From: Candidatus Dasytiphilus stammeri
GTDB taxonomy: Bacteria > Pseudomonadota > Gammaproteobacteria > Enterobacterales > Enterobacteriaceae
Length of the DNA stretch: 64,000 nt
NCBI GenBank assembly: GCA_041941865.1
Contig: CP145873.1
Coordinates: 171,752 to 235,751, forward strand
Direction: 5' to 3'
The notes beneath the pieces are model-generated. The model was not told the DNA's origin. It saw nothing but the letters and a program-made list of their open reading frames with translations, and ran no database searches. Below are positions 54,801-64,000 of the stretch, piece after piece. Every line of letters begins with the position of its first letter. Position 1 is the stretch's first letter. Position numbers and translations under genes: made by a program.

Positions 54801-55952
54801 TTAAATTTTTGATATTTCTTGAAACAAATTTATTTTGTCTGTTTTTTCCCATGGAAAATGAGATCTTCCAAAATGTCCATAACAAGCGGTATCACGATAT
54901 ATAGGTTGTAACAAGTCTAACATACTTATAATTCCATATGGTCGAAGATCAAAAAACTTACGAATCAAAGAAATTAAATGTTGATTAGATTGTTTACCTG
55001 TTCCAAAAGTTTCTACCATAATAGAAGTGGGTTCCGATATTCCAATAGCATACGATAGTTGAATTTCACATCGATCAGCTAATCCTGCTGCTACAATATT
55101 TTTTGCTATATAACGAGCTGCATATGATCCGGATCTATCCACTTTAGAAGGATCCTTCCCAGAAAATGCCCCACCTCCATGACGAGCCATCCCACCATAA
55201 GTATCTACAATAATTTTACGACCTGTTAATCCACAGTCACCCATAGGACCACCAATGACAAATCTTCCAGTAGGATTGATAAAATATTTAGTATGATTAT
55301 TTAACCAGTGAGAAGGAAATACCGGTTTAATAATTTCTTCCATAATTGCTTCCTGAAGCTGAAGATATGTTATTTCCTCACTATGTTGAGTAGAAAAAAC
55401 TATTGTGTCTACTCCCATAATTGTTCCACTATTATATTTCAAGGTTACTTGACTTTTTGCATCTGGACGTAACCAAGGAAGAATTTTCATTTTTCGTAAT
55501 TCAGATTGTCTTTTAACCAAACGATGAGCGTAAGTTAATGGAGCTGGCATCAATACATCGGTTTCATTAGTTGCATAGCCAAACATTATTCCTTGGTCTC
55601 CTGCTCCTTGTTTCCATAATTGAGAATTATTAATACCTAAATTAATGTCTGCAGATTGTTTTCCTATAGTATTAATTACTGCACATGAATTAGCATCAAA
55701 ACCCATGTCTGAGTGAATATAACCAATTTTTCGTACTGTATCCCGAACAATATCTTCTATCTCTATCCAGGCTGTAGTAGTAATTTCACCTCCTACTAAA
55801 ACCATTCCAGTTTTTACGTAGGTTTCGCAGGCGACACGTGCATGATAATCTTTTTCTATTATTGCATCTAATACTGCATCAGAAATTTGATCAGCAATTT
55901 TGTCAGGATGACCTTCAGATACAGACTCAGAAGTAAAAAAGTATTCAGACAT
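54801..55952 (-). CDS. metK: S-adenosylmethionine synthase
   Basis: 383 aa. [38 protein letters not shown] and [16 protein letters not shown] match. Confidence 0.97.
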   Translation of the reverse strand: MSEYFFTSESVSEGHPDKIADQISDAVLDAIIEKDYHARVACETYVKTGMVLVGGEITTTAWIEIEDIVRDTVRKIGYIHSDMGFDANSCAVINTIGKQSADINLGINNSQLWKQGAGDQGIMFGYATNETDVLMPAPLTYAHRLVKRQSELRKMKILPWLRPDAKSQVTLKYNSGTIMGVDTIVFSTQHSEEITYLQLQEAIMEEIIKPVFPSHWLNNHTKYFINPTGRFVIGGPMGDCGLTGRKIIVDTYGGMARHGGGAFSGKDPSKVDRSGSYAARYIAKNIVAAGLADRCEIQLSYAIGISEPTSIMVETFGTGKQSNQHLISLIRKFFDLRPYGIISMLDLLQPIYRDTACYGHFGRSHFPWEKTDKINLFQEISKI

Positions 55953-56186
55953 TTTGTTGCATTATCCTTGTAATATTAATCTATTAAATAACAGGAAGAT
56001 AAAAAAAGTAAATAGATTATTTATAATTTAACTCAACATAAATTATAATATGGAATTAGATAAACAATTCCAAATTTAATTTAGTATTTTAAAATATTGA
56101 AGAAATTTTAACAATCAAAAAAATCACTAATAGTTTTGATAAAATCGAAAAAAATATTTTTTTTAAGAAAAATTTTTTTTGATTAA

Positions 56187-56218
56187 CCCCTTGATCAACT
56201 CAAAAGGAGCCCCACTTT
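56187..56218 (+). promoter_or_regulatory. Sigma-32 (RpoH) heat-shock promoter of dnaK-dnaJ
   Basis: CCCCTTGAT (-35, 56187-56195), a 14-nt spacer, then CCCCACTT (-10, 56210-56217). The E. coli dnaK P1 reads CCCCCTTGAT-N14-CCCCATTT. It is the only GC-rich island in an otherwise AT-only spacer, ~110 nt upstream of the dnaK ATG. Confidence 0.65.
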
Positions 56219-56327
56219 TTAAGTATTAAATTATTGAACCTTTAAAAACATTATGGGTATTTATACGAACAGCCCATTTATAAAAGGTTACAGCTATATG
56301 GACGATGAATGGAGTGGAGACGTTAAT

Positions 56328-58265
56328 ATGGGTAAAATTATTGGTATTGACTTAGGAACTACAAATTCTTGTGTGGCCCTTATGGAAGGTGGAAAACCAA
56401 GAGTGTTAGAAAATGCTGAAGGAGATCGAACTACACCTTCCATAATTGCCTTTACTCAAGAAGGCGAAACCCTAGTAGGTCAGCCGGCAAAACGTCAGGC
56501 AATAACTAATCCACAAAATACATTATTTGCTATTAAACGTCTAATTGGACGAAAATTTAAAGATGAAGAAGTTCAACGTGACGTAAATATTATGCCATAC
56601 AAAATTATAAGTGCGGACAATGGTGATGCTTGGTTAGATGTTAAAGGAAAAAAAATGGCACCTCCTCAAATTTCGGCAGAAGTTTTAAAAAAAATGAAAA
56701 AAACAGCTGAAGATTACTTAGGGGAATCTATTAGTGAAGCGGTAATTACTGTTCCTGCTTACTTTAATGATGCACAACGACAAGCTACTAAAGATGCAGG
56801 TAGAATTGCAGGACTTGATGTGAAACGTATTATTAATGAACCTACTGCAGCAGCTTTAGCTTATGGTTTAGATAAAAGAAAAGGTAATCGTACTATTGCA
56901 GTTTACGATTTAGGAGGAGGTACTTTTGATATTTCTATTATTGAAATAGATAATGTCGATGGAGAAAAAACTTTTGAAGTTCTTGCTACTAATGGAAATA
57001 CTCATTTAGGCGGAGAAGATTTCGATAGTCGTCTTATCAACTACTTAGTATCAGAATTTAAAAAGGATCAGGGAATTGATTTGCGTAATGATCCTTTAGC
57101 AATGCAGCGTTTAAAAGAATCCTCAGAAAAAGCAAAAATAGAACTTTCTTCTGCACAACAGACTGATGTTAATCTACCATATATAACTGCTGATTCTACG
57201 GGTCCAAAACATTTAAATATTAAAGTAACTAGAGCAAAATTAGAATCTTTAGTAGAAGATTTAGTTAATAAATCTATTGAACCAGTACAAATTGCATTAA
57301 AAGATGCCGGATTATCGGTGACAGAGATTAATGATGTAATATTAGTAGGCGGACAGACGAGAATGCCAATGGTACAAGCAAAAGTTGCTGCTTTTTTTGG
57401 TAAAGAAGCACGCAAAGATGTTAATCCAGATGAAGCAGTAGCAGTAGGTGCTGCAGTTCAAGGAGGAGTATTAGCTGGAGATGTGAAAGATGTATTATTA
57501 TTAGATGTTACTCCTTTATCATTAGGAATTGAAACGTTGGGAGGAGTAATGACTTCACTGATTAGTAAAAATACTACTATTCCTACTAAACATAGTCAAG
57601 TGTTTTCTACTGCAGAAGATAACCAATCTGCTGTTACTATTCATGTATTACAAGGAGAACGTAAACGTGCAACGGATAATAAATCGTTAGGTCAATTTAA
57701 TCTTGATGGAATATCTTCAGCTCCCAGGGGAATTCCACAAATTGAAGTAACTTTTGATATTGATGCTGATGGTATTTTACATGTTTCAGCAAAAGATAAG
57801 AAGAGTGGAAAAGAACAAAAAATTGTTATCAAAGCTTCATCCGGATTAAATGAATCAGAAATAAAAAATATGGTTCAAGATGCTGAAAAACATGCTGAAT
57901 CCGATCGTAAATTTGAAGAATTAGTACAATTACGAAATCAAGCAGATCATTTATCACATAGCACTGATAAACAATTGAAAGAAGTAGGAAATCAGTTACA
58001 TCCTGATGATAAGAAAAAAATTGAAATAGCATTAGAAGAATTAAATGCAGTAGTTAAAGGAGAAGATAAAACTTCAATAGAAGCTAAAATACAATCTTTA
58101 ATACAAGTCTCAAGTAAATTAATAGAAGTGCAGAACAAACAAGAAACATCACAAGATAAGTCTGTCAAAAAAGAATCAACCCAGACTAAACAACCAAAAG
58201 ATAAAGAAGTGGTAGATGCTGAATTTGAAGAAATAAAAGAAGATAAAGATAAAAATAAAAAATAA
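56328..58265 (+). CDS. dnaK: Molecular chaperone DnaK (Hsp70)
   Basis: [17 protein letters not shown] starts at ATG 56328, with a GGAGTGGAGA Shine-Dalgarno sequence at 56311-56320. The 25 extra N-terminal codons of the listed ORF (from 56253) are not conserved. The rest is >70% identical by eye to E. coli DnaK. Confidence 0.97.
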   Translation: MGKIIGIDLGTTNSCVALMEGGKPRVLENAEGDRTTPSIIAFTQEGETLVGQPAKRQAITNPQNTLFAIKRLIGRKFKDEEVQRDVNIMPYKIISADNGDAWLDVKGKKMAPPQISAEVLKKMKKTAEDYLGESISEAVITVPAYFNDAQRQATKDAGRIAGLDVKRIINEPTAAALAYGLDKRKGNRTIAVYDLGGGTFDISIIEIDNVDGEKTFEVLATNGNTHLGGEDFDSRLINYLVSEFKKDQGIDLRNDPLAMQRLKESSEKAKIELSSAQQTDVNLPYITADSTGPKHLNIKVTRAKLESLVEDLVNKSIEPVQIALKDAGLSVTEINDVILVGGQTRMPMVQAKVAAFFGKEARKDVNPDEAVAVGAAVQGGVLAGDVKDVLLLDVTPLSLGIETLGGVMTSLISKNTTIPTKHSQVFSTAEDNQSAVTIHVLQGERKRATDNKSLGQFNLDGISSAPRGIPQIEVTFDIDADGILHVSAKDKKSGKEQKIVIKASSGLNESEIKNMVQDAEKHAESDRKFEELVQLRNQADHLSHSTDKQLKEVGNQLHPDDKKKIEIALEELNAVVKGEDKTSIEAKIQSLIQVSSKLIEVQNKQETSQDKSVKKESTQTKQPKDKEVVDAEFEEIKEDKDKNKK

Positions 58266-58406
58266 AAAATTTTATCTTGATTTTGCATGGATGAATACAG
58301 GATGATTATTTAACTACTAATTTTAGTAGTATAATTTAGGCATAAGTATCTAGATCTGTATTTGTAGTATCCCTTTAATTATATTAAGGATAGTAGGATA
58401 TTCGAA

Positions 58407-59543
58407 ATGGCAAAAAAAGATTATTATGAAATTTTAGGCGTTTCGAAATCAGCAGATGAACGAGAAATTAAAAAAGCCTATAAACGATTAGCTATGAGAT
58501 ATCATCCGGATCGTAATCCGGGTAATAAAGATGCAGAAAATAAGTTTAAAGAAGTGAAAGAAGCATATGAAATATTAACTGATTCTCAAAAAAGAGCGTC
58601 ATATGATCAATATGGACATGCTGCATTTGAACAAGGTCAATCAAATTATGAAACTGAATTTAGTACCTCTACTACTGATTTTAGTGAAATTTTTGGAGAA
58701 GTATTTGGAGATATTTTTGGAAGTAATCGTCGTCAACAACGCGCTGCTAGAGGTGCTGATTTACAATATAATATTAGTCTGACTTTAGAAGAAGCTGTTC
58801 GGGGGATCACAAAAGAAATCTGTGTTCCAACATTTGAACAATGTTCTTTTTGTCAAGGAAAGGGTTGTAAATTAGGAACTACTCCAGGAAAATGTTCACC
58901 TTGTCAAGGAAAAGGTAAAATTCACTTACGTCAAGGATTTTTTACTGTGCAACAAACTTGTCCCTATTGTCAAGGACAAGGTACAATTATTAAAGATCCA
59001 TGTTTATCTTGTCGAGGACAAGGAAAAATCGAAAAAAATAAAATTATCTCAGTAAAAATTCCTGCTGGAGTAGATAATGAAGATCGTATTCGGTTATCAG
59101 GAAAAGGATCAGCAGGCGAGGGTGGATCTCCATCCGGAGATTTATATGTTCAAATTGCAGTAAAAAAACATCCTATTTTTGAAAGAGATAAAAATAATCT
59201 GTATTGTGAGGTTCCCATTAGTTTTGGTATGGCTGCTCTAGGAGGAGAAATAGAAGTTCCTACTTTAGGTGGACGTATCAAAATTAAAATACCGGCAGAA
59301 ACTCAAACTGGAAAACTATTTCGGATGAGAGGAAAAGGAGTAAAATCATTACGAGGAGGATTTACAGGAGATTTATTATGTAAAATTGTAGTTGAAACTC
59401 CGGTTAATTTAAATGAGAACCAAAAAAGAATGTTACATGAATTAGAGAAAACTCTGAATTATCATTCAGGAGAACAGAATAGTCCCCGATCAAGAACTTT
59501 TTTTGAAGGTGTAAAAAAATTTTTTGATGATCTAACTCGATAA
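58407..59543 (+). CDS. dnaJ: Co-chaperone DnaJ (Hsp40)
   Basis: 378 aa. It has the J domain [35 protein letters not shown] and four CxxCxGxG zinc-finger repeats. Confidence 0.97.
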   Translation: MAKKDYYEILGVSKSADEREIKKAYKRLAMRYHPDRNPGNKDAENKFKEVKEAYEILTDSQKRASYDQYGHAAFEQGQSNYETEFSTSTTDFSEIFGEVFGDIFGSNRRQQRAARGADLQYNISLTLEEAVRGITKEICVPTFEQCSFCQGKGCKLGTTPGKCSPCQGKGKIHLRQGFFTVQQTCPYCQGQGTIIKDPCLSCRGQGKIEKNKIISVKIPAGVDNEDRIRLSGKGSAGEGGSPSGDLYVQIAVKKHPIFERDKNNLYCEVPISFGMAALGGEIEVPTLGGRIKIKIPAETQTGKLFRMRGKGVKSLRGGFTGDLLCKIVVETPVNLNENQKRMLHELEKTLNYHSGEQNSPRSRTFFEGVKKFFDDLTR

Positions 59544-59568
59544 ATAGTCGTATTATTTATCTTTTGTT

Positions 59569-59829
59569 TTACATCTTAATAAGATGTTTCATTAAGTGAG
59601 ATTTATGACGAGCGGCTTTATTTTTATGTATTAATCCTTTGGTAGCTAGTCTATCTATAATAGATTGCATAATATTAAAAGCCTTAATAGCTGATAATTG
59701 ATTTCCTGTATTTATAGCAAAATAAACTTTTTTAATAAAAGTTCGTAACATAGAACGTTGACTAACATTATGTTGACGATTTTTTTCTGATTTAATTATT
59801 CTTTTTTTAGATGATTTTATATTAGCCAA
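59569..59829 (-). CDS. rpsT: 30S ribosomal protein S20 (TTG start codon)
   Basis: [21 protein letters not shown] and [13 protein letters not shown] match. The start codon is TTG (59829-59827), as I recall for E. coli rpsT. Confidence 0.94.
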   Translation of the reverse strand: MANIKSSKKRIIKSEKNRQHNVSQRSMLRTFIKKVYFAINTGNQLSAIKAFNIMQSIIDRLATKGLIHKNKAARHKSHLMKHLIKM

Positions 59830-60213
59830 GGTTGAATATCCTTAATTGTTTTTTTAAAAAAAAAAGTATGCAGTATTGTTTTAGTTTATCAATTTTCTTT
59901 TATAAGATACAATAATATTTTGATGGATAAAAATTATTATTTAATATCAGAAATACAATTATTCATAATTAGTTATATACTTTTTAGACAAAATTCTTTC
60001 AAAGACATTAAATAACTTTTTTTCCTCCAAGAGTAATTATAACTTAATCAATATTAGTAATTATTTTACATGAATTAATAATAAAATTATAGAAAATTAT
60101 TAATTTTTCTTTACACTAAAAAAATTAATAAAAATATATGTTAAGTAATATAATATTAATTATGTTAGTGTAAATAGTTCAATTTGTTTAATACAAGAGA
60201 TTATAAATTTTTC

Positions 60214-63039
60214 ATGAAAAATGATTTTAAATCAACATTAAATCTTCCTACCACTAATTTTTCAATGCGAGCAAATCTTGCTCAAAAGGAACCTAAGATA
60301 CTTCAAAAATGGGATCAAGATAATCTTTATCAATTAATTCGTTCTGCTAAAAAAGGAAAACCGTTATTTATTCTTCATGATGGTCCTCCATATGCTAATG
60401 GATCTGTTCATATGGGTCATGCAGTGAATAAAATTCTTAAAGATATTATTATTAAATCAAAAGGTTTATGTGGTTTTGATTCCCCATATATTCCTGGGTG
60501 GGATTGTCATGGATTACCTATTGAATTAAAAGTAGAACAAATTTTAGGAAAACCAGATCATAATACAGTAACAGCAGAAAATTTTAGACAAGCCTGTCGT
60601 TCATATGTAATAGAACAAGTTAATATTCAAAAACAAGATTTTATCAGAATGGGAGTAGTAGGAGATTGGAAAAATTCATATCTGACTATGGATTTTTCTA
60701 CTGAAGCTAACATAATAAGATTATTAGCAAAACTAATTTCTCAAGATTATATTCTTCGAGGTTATAAACCAGTATATTGGTGTATTAAATGTGAATCTGC
60801 ATTATCAGATGCAGAAGTAGAATATGAAGTAAAATTTTCACAGGCTATTGATGTAGTTTTTTATGTAAAAAATAGAGAAAAAATTAAATCTATATTTAAG
60901 GTAGATAATGTTATAGGTCCTATTGGATTAGTTATTTGGACTACTACTCCATGGAGTTTACCAGCTAATAAAGCAGTGGGAGTTCATCATGATGCATATT
61001 ATCAACTAATACAAATTACAGATAAGGCTATAATTATAGCCAAAAATTTAAGAGATCAATTTTTACATCGCATAAATATCCAGAACTGGAAAGTCATAGG
61101 GGAAGTTTCTGGAAATGAACTAGAATACCTTCACTTACATCATCCTTTTATGAATTATGATATTCCTATAGTATTATCCAACCATGTAAGTTTAAAAGAT
61201 GGAACTGGAATTGTGCACATAGCTCCCAGTCTTGGACTAGAAGATTATATAGTTGGATGTAATTATCAACTTAATTTAGCAAATATAATTGAACCTAATG
61301 GTACCTATAAATATAATACTTATCCTGATTTAGATGGCATTTTAATATTTCAAGCTAATCCAATTATTATAAATATTCTCCTCAAACAAAAAATTTTATT
61401 AAAAATAGAAAACATTCAGCATAGTTATCCCTATTGTTGTAGACATAAACAACCTATTATTTTTCGTACCACTAGTCAATGGTTTCTTAATATAGAACAC
61501 CAACAGCTCCGAAAAAATTTAGTAAACCAAATAAGTAAAATACAATGGCACCCCAAATGGGGAAAAAATAGAATGAGTAATTTACTGACTTCTAGACCAG
61601 ACTGGTGTCTTTCTCGACAACGTACTTGGGGGATTCCATTGCCTTTATTTATTAATCCAAATAATGGACAGTTACATCCAAATACTTTATCTATAATAGA
61701 TAAAGTAGCAAAATCAGTAGAAGATAAAGGTATTCAAGCTTGGTGGGATTTAAGTACTGCATCTTTAATAGGAGAAAATGATGCTCAAAAATACATAAAA
61801 GTATTAGATACGCTGGATGTATGGTTTGATTCTGGTTCTACTCATATAAATTTTTTAACAAAATTTTCTCACCAACCAAAAATAGAGCAGGTAGATCTTT
61901 TTTGTGAAGGGTCTGATCAATATCGAGGATGGTTTATGTCTTCCCTAATAATTTCTACCATTATAAATAATCAAGTACCTTGTAAAAATATATTAACACA
62001 TGGTTTTGTAGTAGATAGTCAGGGAAAAAAAATGTCTAAAAGTTTAGGTAATACTATTAGTCCTAAAGAGATAATGAATAAATTTGGTAGTGATATTCTT
62101 AGATTATGGATTGCGTCTACAGATTATACTCGGGAAATAGTTTATTCTCAGGAGAGTATTAATCGTTCTATAGATATTTATCGTCGTATTCGTAATACAG
62201 TACGTTTTTTATTAGCAAATATAAATGATTTTGATCCTAATATTCACCTAGTAAAATTACAAAATATGATAGGATTAGATCGATGGATGCTCGAAAAAAC
62301 ACAAATTACCCAAGATAATATTATTACTGCTTATGAAAATTATGACTTTCATAAAGTAGTTCAAAATTTAATGCAATTTTGTTCATTAGAACTTGGTTCT
62401 TTTTATCTAGATATAGTTAAAGATAGACAGTATACTAGTCAAAAAAATAGTTTATTACGACGTAGTGGTCAAACCACTATGTTCTATATACTAGAATTTA
62501 TGGTACGATGGTTAGCTCCTCTTATATCTTTTACCGTAGATGAAATCTGGGGTATGATTCCTGGAAAACGATCTAAATATGTATTTACAGAAGAATGGTT
62601 TTCTCAATTATATTTTAATCAAGATAATTTTATTGATACTTCTTTCTGGAAAGATTTAATTATTATTCGTAATGAAGTGCACAAAGTTCATGAATTAATG
62701 CGAGCTAATAACAAAATTAAGGATTTATTATCTTCAATAATTATATTATATGTATCTGACTTAATAGAAGAAAAATTAAAAAAATTAGGAGAAGAATTAA
62801 AATTTTTTTTAATGACTTCTAATACGAAAATTTTAACTTATGATCTAGCTCCAGAAGGAGCATATACAAGCGATAAAATAACAAATTTAAAGTTTATTTT
62901 ATATAATGCTCCAGGTAAAAAATGTCTGCGTTGTTGGCATTATACAAAAGATATAGGAAAACATGTTAATTTTCCTGATATATGTAGTCGATGTGTAATA
63001 AATATAATAGGACCAGGAGAAACACGTTTTTTTGTATGA
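60214..63039 (+). CDS. ileS: Isoleucine--tRNA ligase
   Basis: MKNDFKSTLNLPTTNFSMRANL starts at ATG 60214; the listed ORF begins at a TTG ten codons upstream. It has PPYANGSVHMGHA (HIGH), KMSKSLGN (KMSKS) and a C-terminal Zn-binding CxxC pair. Confidence 0.96.
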   Translation: MKNDFKSTLNLPTTNFSMRANLAQKEPKILQKWDQDNLYQLIRSAKKGKPLFILHDGPPYANGSVHMGHAVNKILKDIIIKSKGLCGFDSPYIPGWDCHGLPIELKVEQILGKPDHNTVTAENFRQACRSYVIEQVNIQKQDFIRMGVVGDWKNSYLTMDFSTEANIIRLLAKLISQDYILRGYKPVYWCIKCESALSDAEVEYEVKFSQAIDVVFYVKNREKIKSIFKVDNVIGPIGLVIWTTTPWSLPANKAVGVHHDAYYQLIQITDKAIIIAKNLRDQFLHRINIQNWKVIGEVSGNELEYLHLHHPFMNYDIPIVLSNHVSLKDGTGIVHIAPSLGLEDYIVGCNYQLNLANIIEPNGTYKYNTYPDLDGILIFQANPIIINILLKQKILLKIENIQHSYPYCCRHKQPIIFRTTSQWFLNIEHQQLRKNLVNQISKIQWHPKWGKNRMSNLLTSRPDWCLSRQRTWGIPLPLFINPNNGQLHPNTLSIIDKVAKSVEDKGIQAWWDLSTASLIGENDAQKYIKVLDTLDVWFDSGSTHINFLTKFSHQPKIEQVDLFCEGSDQYRGWFMSSLIISTIINNQVPCKNILTHGFVVDSQGKKMSKSLGNTISPKEIMNKFGSDILRLWIASTDYTREIVYSQESINRSIDIYRRIRNTVRFLLANINDFDPNIHLVKLQNMIGLDRWMLEKTQITQDNIITAYENYDFHKVVQNLMQFCSLELGSFYLDIVKDRQYTSQKNSLLRRSGQTTMFYILEFMVRWLAPLISFTVDEIWGMIPGKRSKYVFTEEWFSQLYFNQDNFIDTSFWKDLIIIRNEVHKVHELMRANNKIKDLLSSIIILYVSDLIEEKLKKLGEELKFFLMTSNTKILTYDLAPEGAYTSDKITNLKFILYNAPGKKCLRCWHYTKDIGKHVNFPDICSRCVINIIGPGETRFFV

Positions 63040-63539
63040 AAAATATTAATTTTTATTTTCCTTACTTATGGATTATATCCAGTATATTTTGTATAGATTT
63101 TTTTAGTAAACAATGGATTAAATATTATTTTAATTTGAAAGAAAAAGTATGGTTTTATCCTGAAATTAATATTTTATATACTTCTCATTATGGTAGTTTT
63201 TTTAGTTATTTAGTAGCTAAAAATAAATTTCTCTATTGGTTTTGGATAATAATTATCCTATTTATTATAATATTATTACTAATAATCATTGCTAGAAATT
63301 CCAATAACCTGGATTATTTCTGGAATAATATAGCTTTAGCACTAATAGTTGGTGGTGGATTAAGTAATTTATCTGATCGTATTATATACGGATCTGTAAT
63401 TGATTTTATTCATTGTTTTATTATGAAATGGAATTTTTTAACCTTTAATATCGCAGATATATCTATTTGTATAGGTGGATTTTTAATGATTTTATTAGAG
63501 ATAAAATTTAATCTCTATTTATTGACGAGAAGAAGTTAA
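63036..63539 (+). CDS. lspA: Lipoprotein signal peptidase II
   Basis: Start taken at ATG 63036 (an ATGA overlap with the ileS stop), giving 167 aa against 164 in E. coli. [19 protein letters not shown] and FNIADISI motifs are present. Confidence 0.9.
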   Translation: MKNINFYFPYLWIISSIFCIDFFSKQWIKYYFNLKEKVWFYPEINILYTSHYGSFFSYLVAKNKFLYWFWIIIILFIIILLLIIIARNSNNLDYFWNNIALALIVGGGLSNLSDRIIYGSVIDFIHCFIMKWNFLTFNIADISICIGGFLMILLEIKFNLYLLTRRS

Positions 63540-64000
63540 TGCATATTTTTTTAGCAAATCCTCGAGGATTTTGTGCTGGAGTTGTAAGAGCTATAAAGAT
63601 AGTAGAACGAGTATTAGAAATATGGGGTAATCCCATTTATGTATATAATGAAATAGTACATAATACTCATGTAGTAAATTGTCTTCAAGAAAAAGGAGTT
63701 ATTTTTATAAAAAATTTATCGAAAATCCCAGAACGATCAATTTTAATATTTTCTGCTCACGGAGTTTCCAATAAAATTAGGATATTAGCAAAAAAGAAAA
63801 ATTTAATTTTATTTGATGCAACTTGTCCATTAGTGAGAAAAGTACAGAATGAAGTTACAAGAGCAAGTATAAAAGCAAAAGAAGTAATTTTTATTGGTCA
63901 TGCTGGACATCCAGAAGTAGAAGGTACTTTAGGACACTATAGTAATTCTAAAGGAGGAATCTACCTCGTCCAATCTATTAAGGACATTTATAAGTTAAAG
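63539..64000 (+). CDS. ispH: 4-hydroxy-3-methylbut-2-enyl diphosphate reductase IspH (LytB), N-terminal 154 codons (3' end lies outside the window)
   Basis: Manual translation gives [42 protein letters not shown]...FSAHGVS...FDATCPLV...[13 protein letters not shown], collinear with E. coli IspH. Its ATG overlaps the lspA TAA (TAATG). Confidence 0.93.
   Translation, partial: MHIFLANPRGFCAGVVRAIKIVERVLEIWGNPIYVYNEIVHNTHVVNCLQEKGVIFIKNLSKIPERSILIFSAHGVSNKIRILAKKKNLILFDATCPLVRKVQNEVTRASIKAKEVIFIGHAGHPEVEGTLGHYSNSKGGIYLVQSIKDIYKLK

Noticed and set aside
57068-58288. Three minus-strand ORFs (57068-57415, 57829-58032, 57992-58288) inside dnaK.
   Set aside because: They are antisense to one of the most conserved genes in the window. 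Long antisense frames are a known artefact of the codon bias of dnaK-like genes.
58313-58330. A perfect 8-bp palindrome (ACTACTAA tt TTAGTAGT) between dnaK and dnaJ, which could be an intercistronic hairpin.
   Set aside because: It is almost all A/T with a 2-nt loop. A rough estimate gives tens of such palindromes by chance in a window of this composition. The same reasoning applies to the small hairpins at 7951-7969, 53101-53128, 53291-53305 and about 46108-46125.

Overview
This window is a very AT-rich (roughly three-quarters A+T by eye), gene-dense stretch with no mobile elements. It looks like a reduced gammaproteobacterial (Enterobacterales-derived) genome of the insect-endosymbiont type. 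Almost every long ORF is a recognisable orthologue of an E. coli K-12 housekeeping gene. All protein comparisons below rely on my recollection of E. coli sequences; no database was searched. The genes lie in collapsed E. coli synteny blocks: cca-tsaD|rpsU-dnaG-rpoD-ileX; pepA-valS; gapA; mutH-ygdQ; hflCK-miaA-mutL-glyV-orn-epmA-efp|epmB; xseB-ispA; mnmE-yidC-yidD-rnpA-rpmH|dnaN-gyrB; lysS-prfB, ygfZ, gcvPHT, rpiA-mscS-fbaA-pgk-tktA-yggT-ruvX-(gshB relic)-metK; and dnaKJ-rpsT|ileS-lspA-ispH. I list 59 features, including 3 tRNAs, rpmH (missing from the ORF track) and one clear pseudogene. I saw no rRNA, CRISPR array, IS element, integrase or prophage. Points worth a second look: (1) the rpoD 5' end is collinear with E. 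coli region 1.1 but carries two in-frame stops at conserved Gln codons. (2) dnaG is split exactly at an A10 tract. (3) An intact four-gene SCPU/Csu-type (archaic, sigma-class) chaperone-usher pilus operon is the only accessory-looking locus in this stripped-down genome. (4) dnaA and recF are absent from the rpmH|dnaN-gyrB locus. (5) A gshB pseudogene is still collinear with E. coli GshB over about 230 codons despite about 17 stops. (6) The prfB +1 frameshift site and a near-textbook sigma32 promoter upstream of dnaK are conserved. (7) The tRNA genes lack an encoded CCA. (8) Several short spacers sit where hfq-hflX, holC, amiB-tsaE, ribF, fkpB and other genes lie in E. coli. The lineage assignment (Wigglesworthia/Blochmannia-like because dnaA is missing at the canonical site) is inference only.
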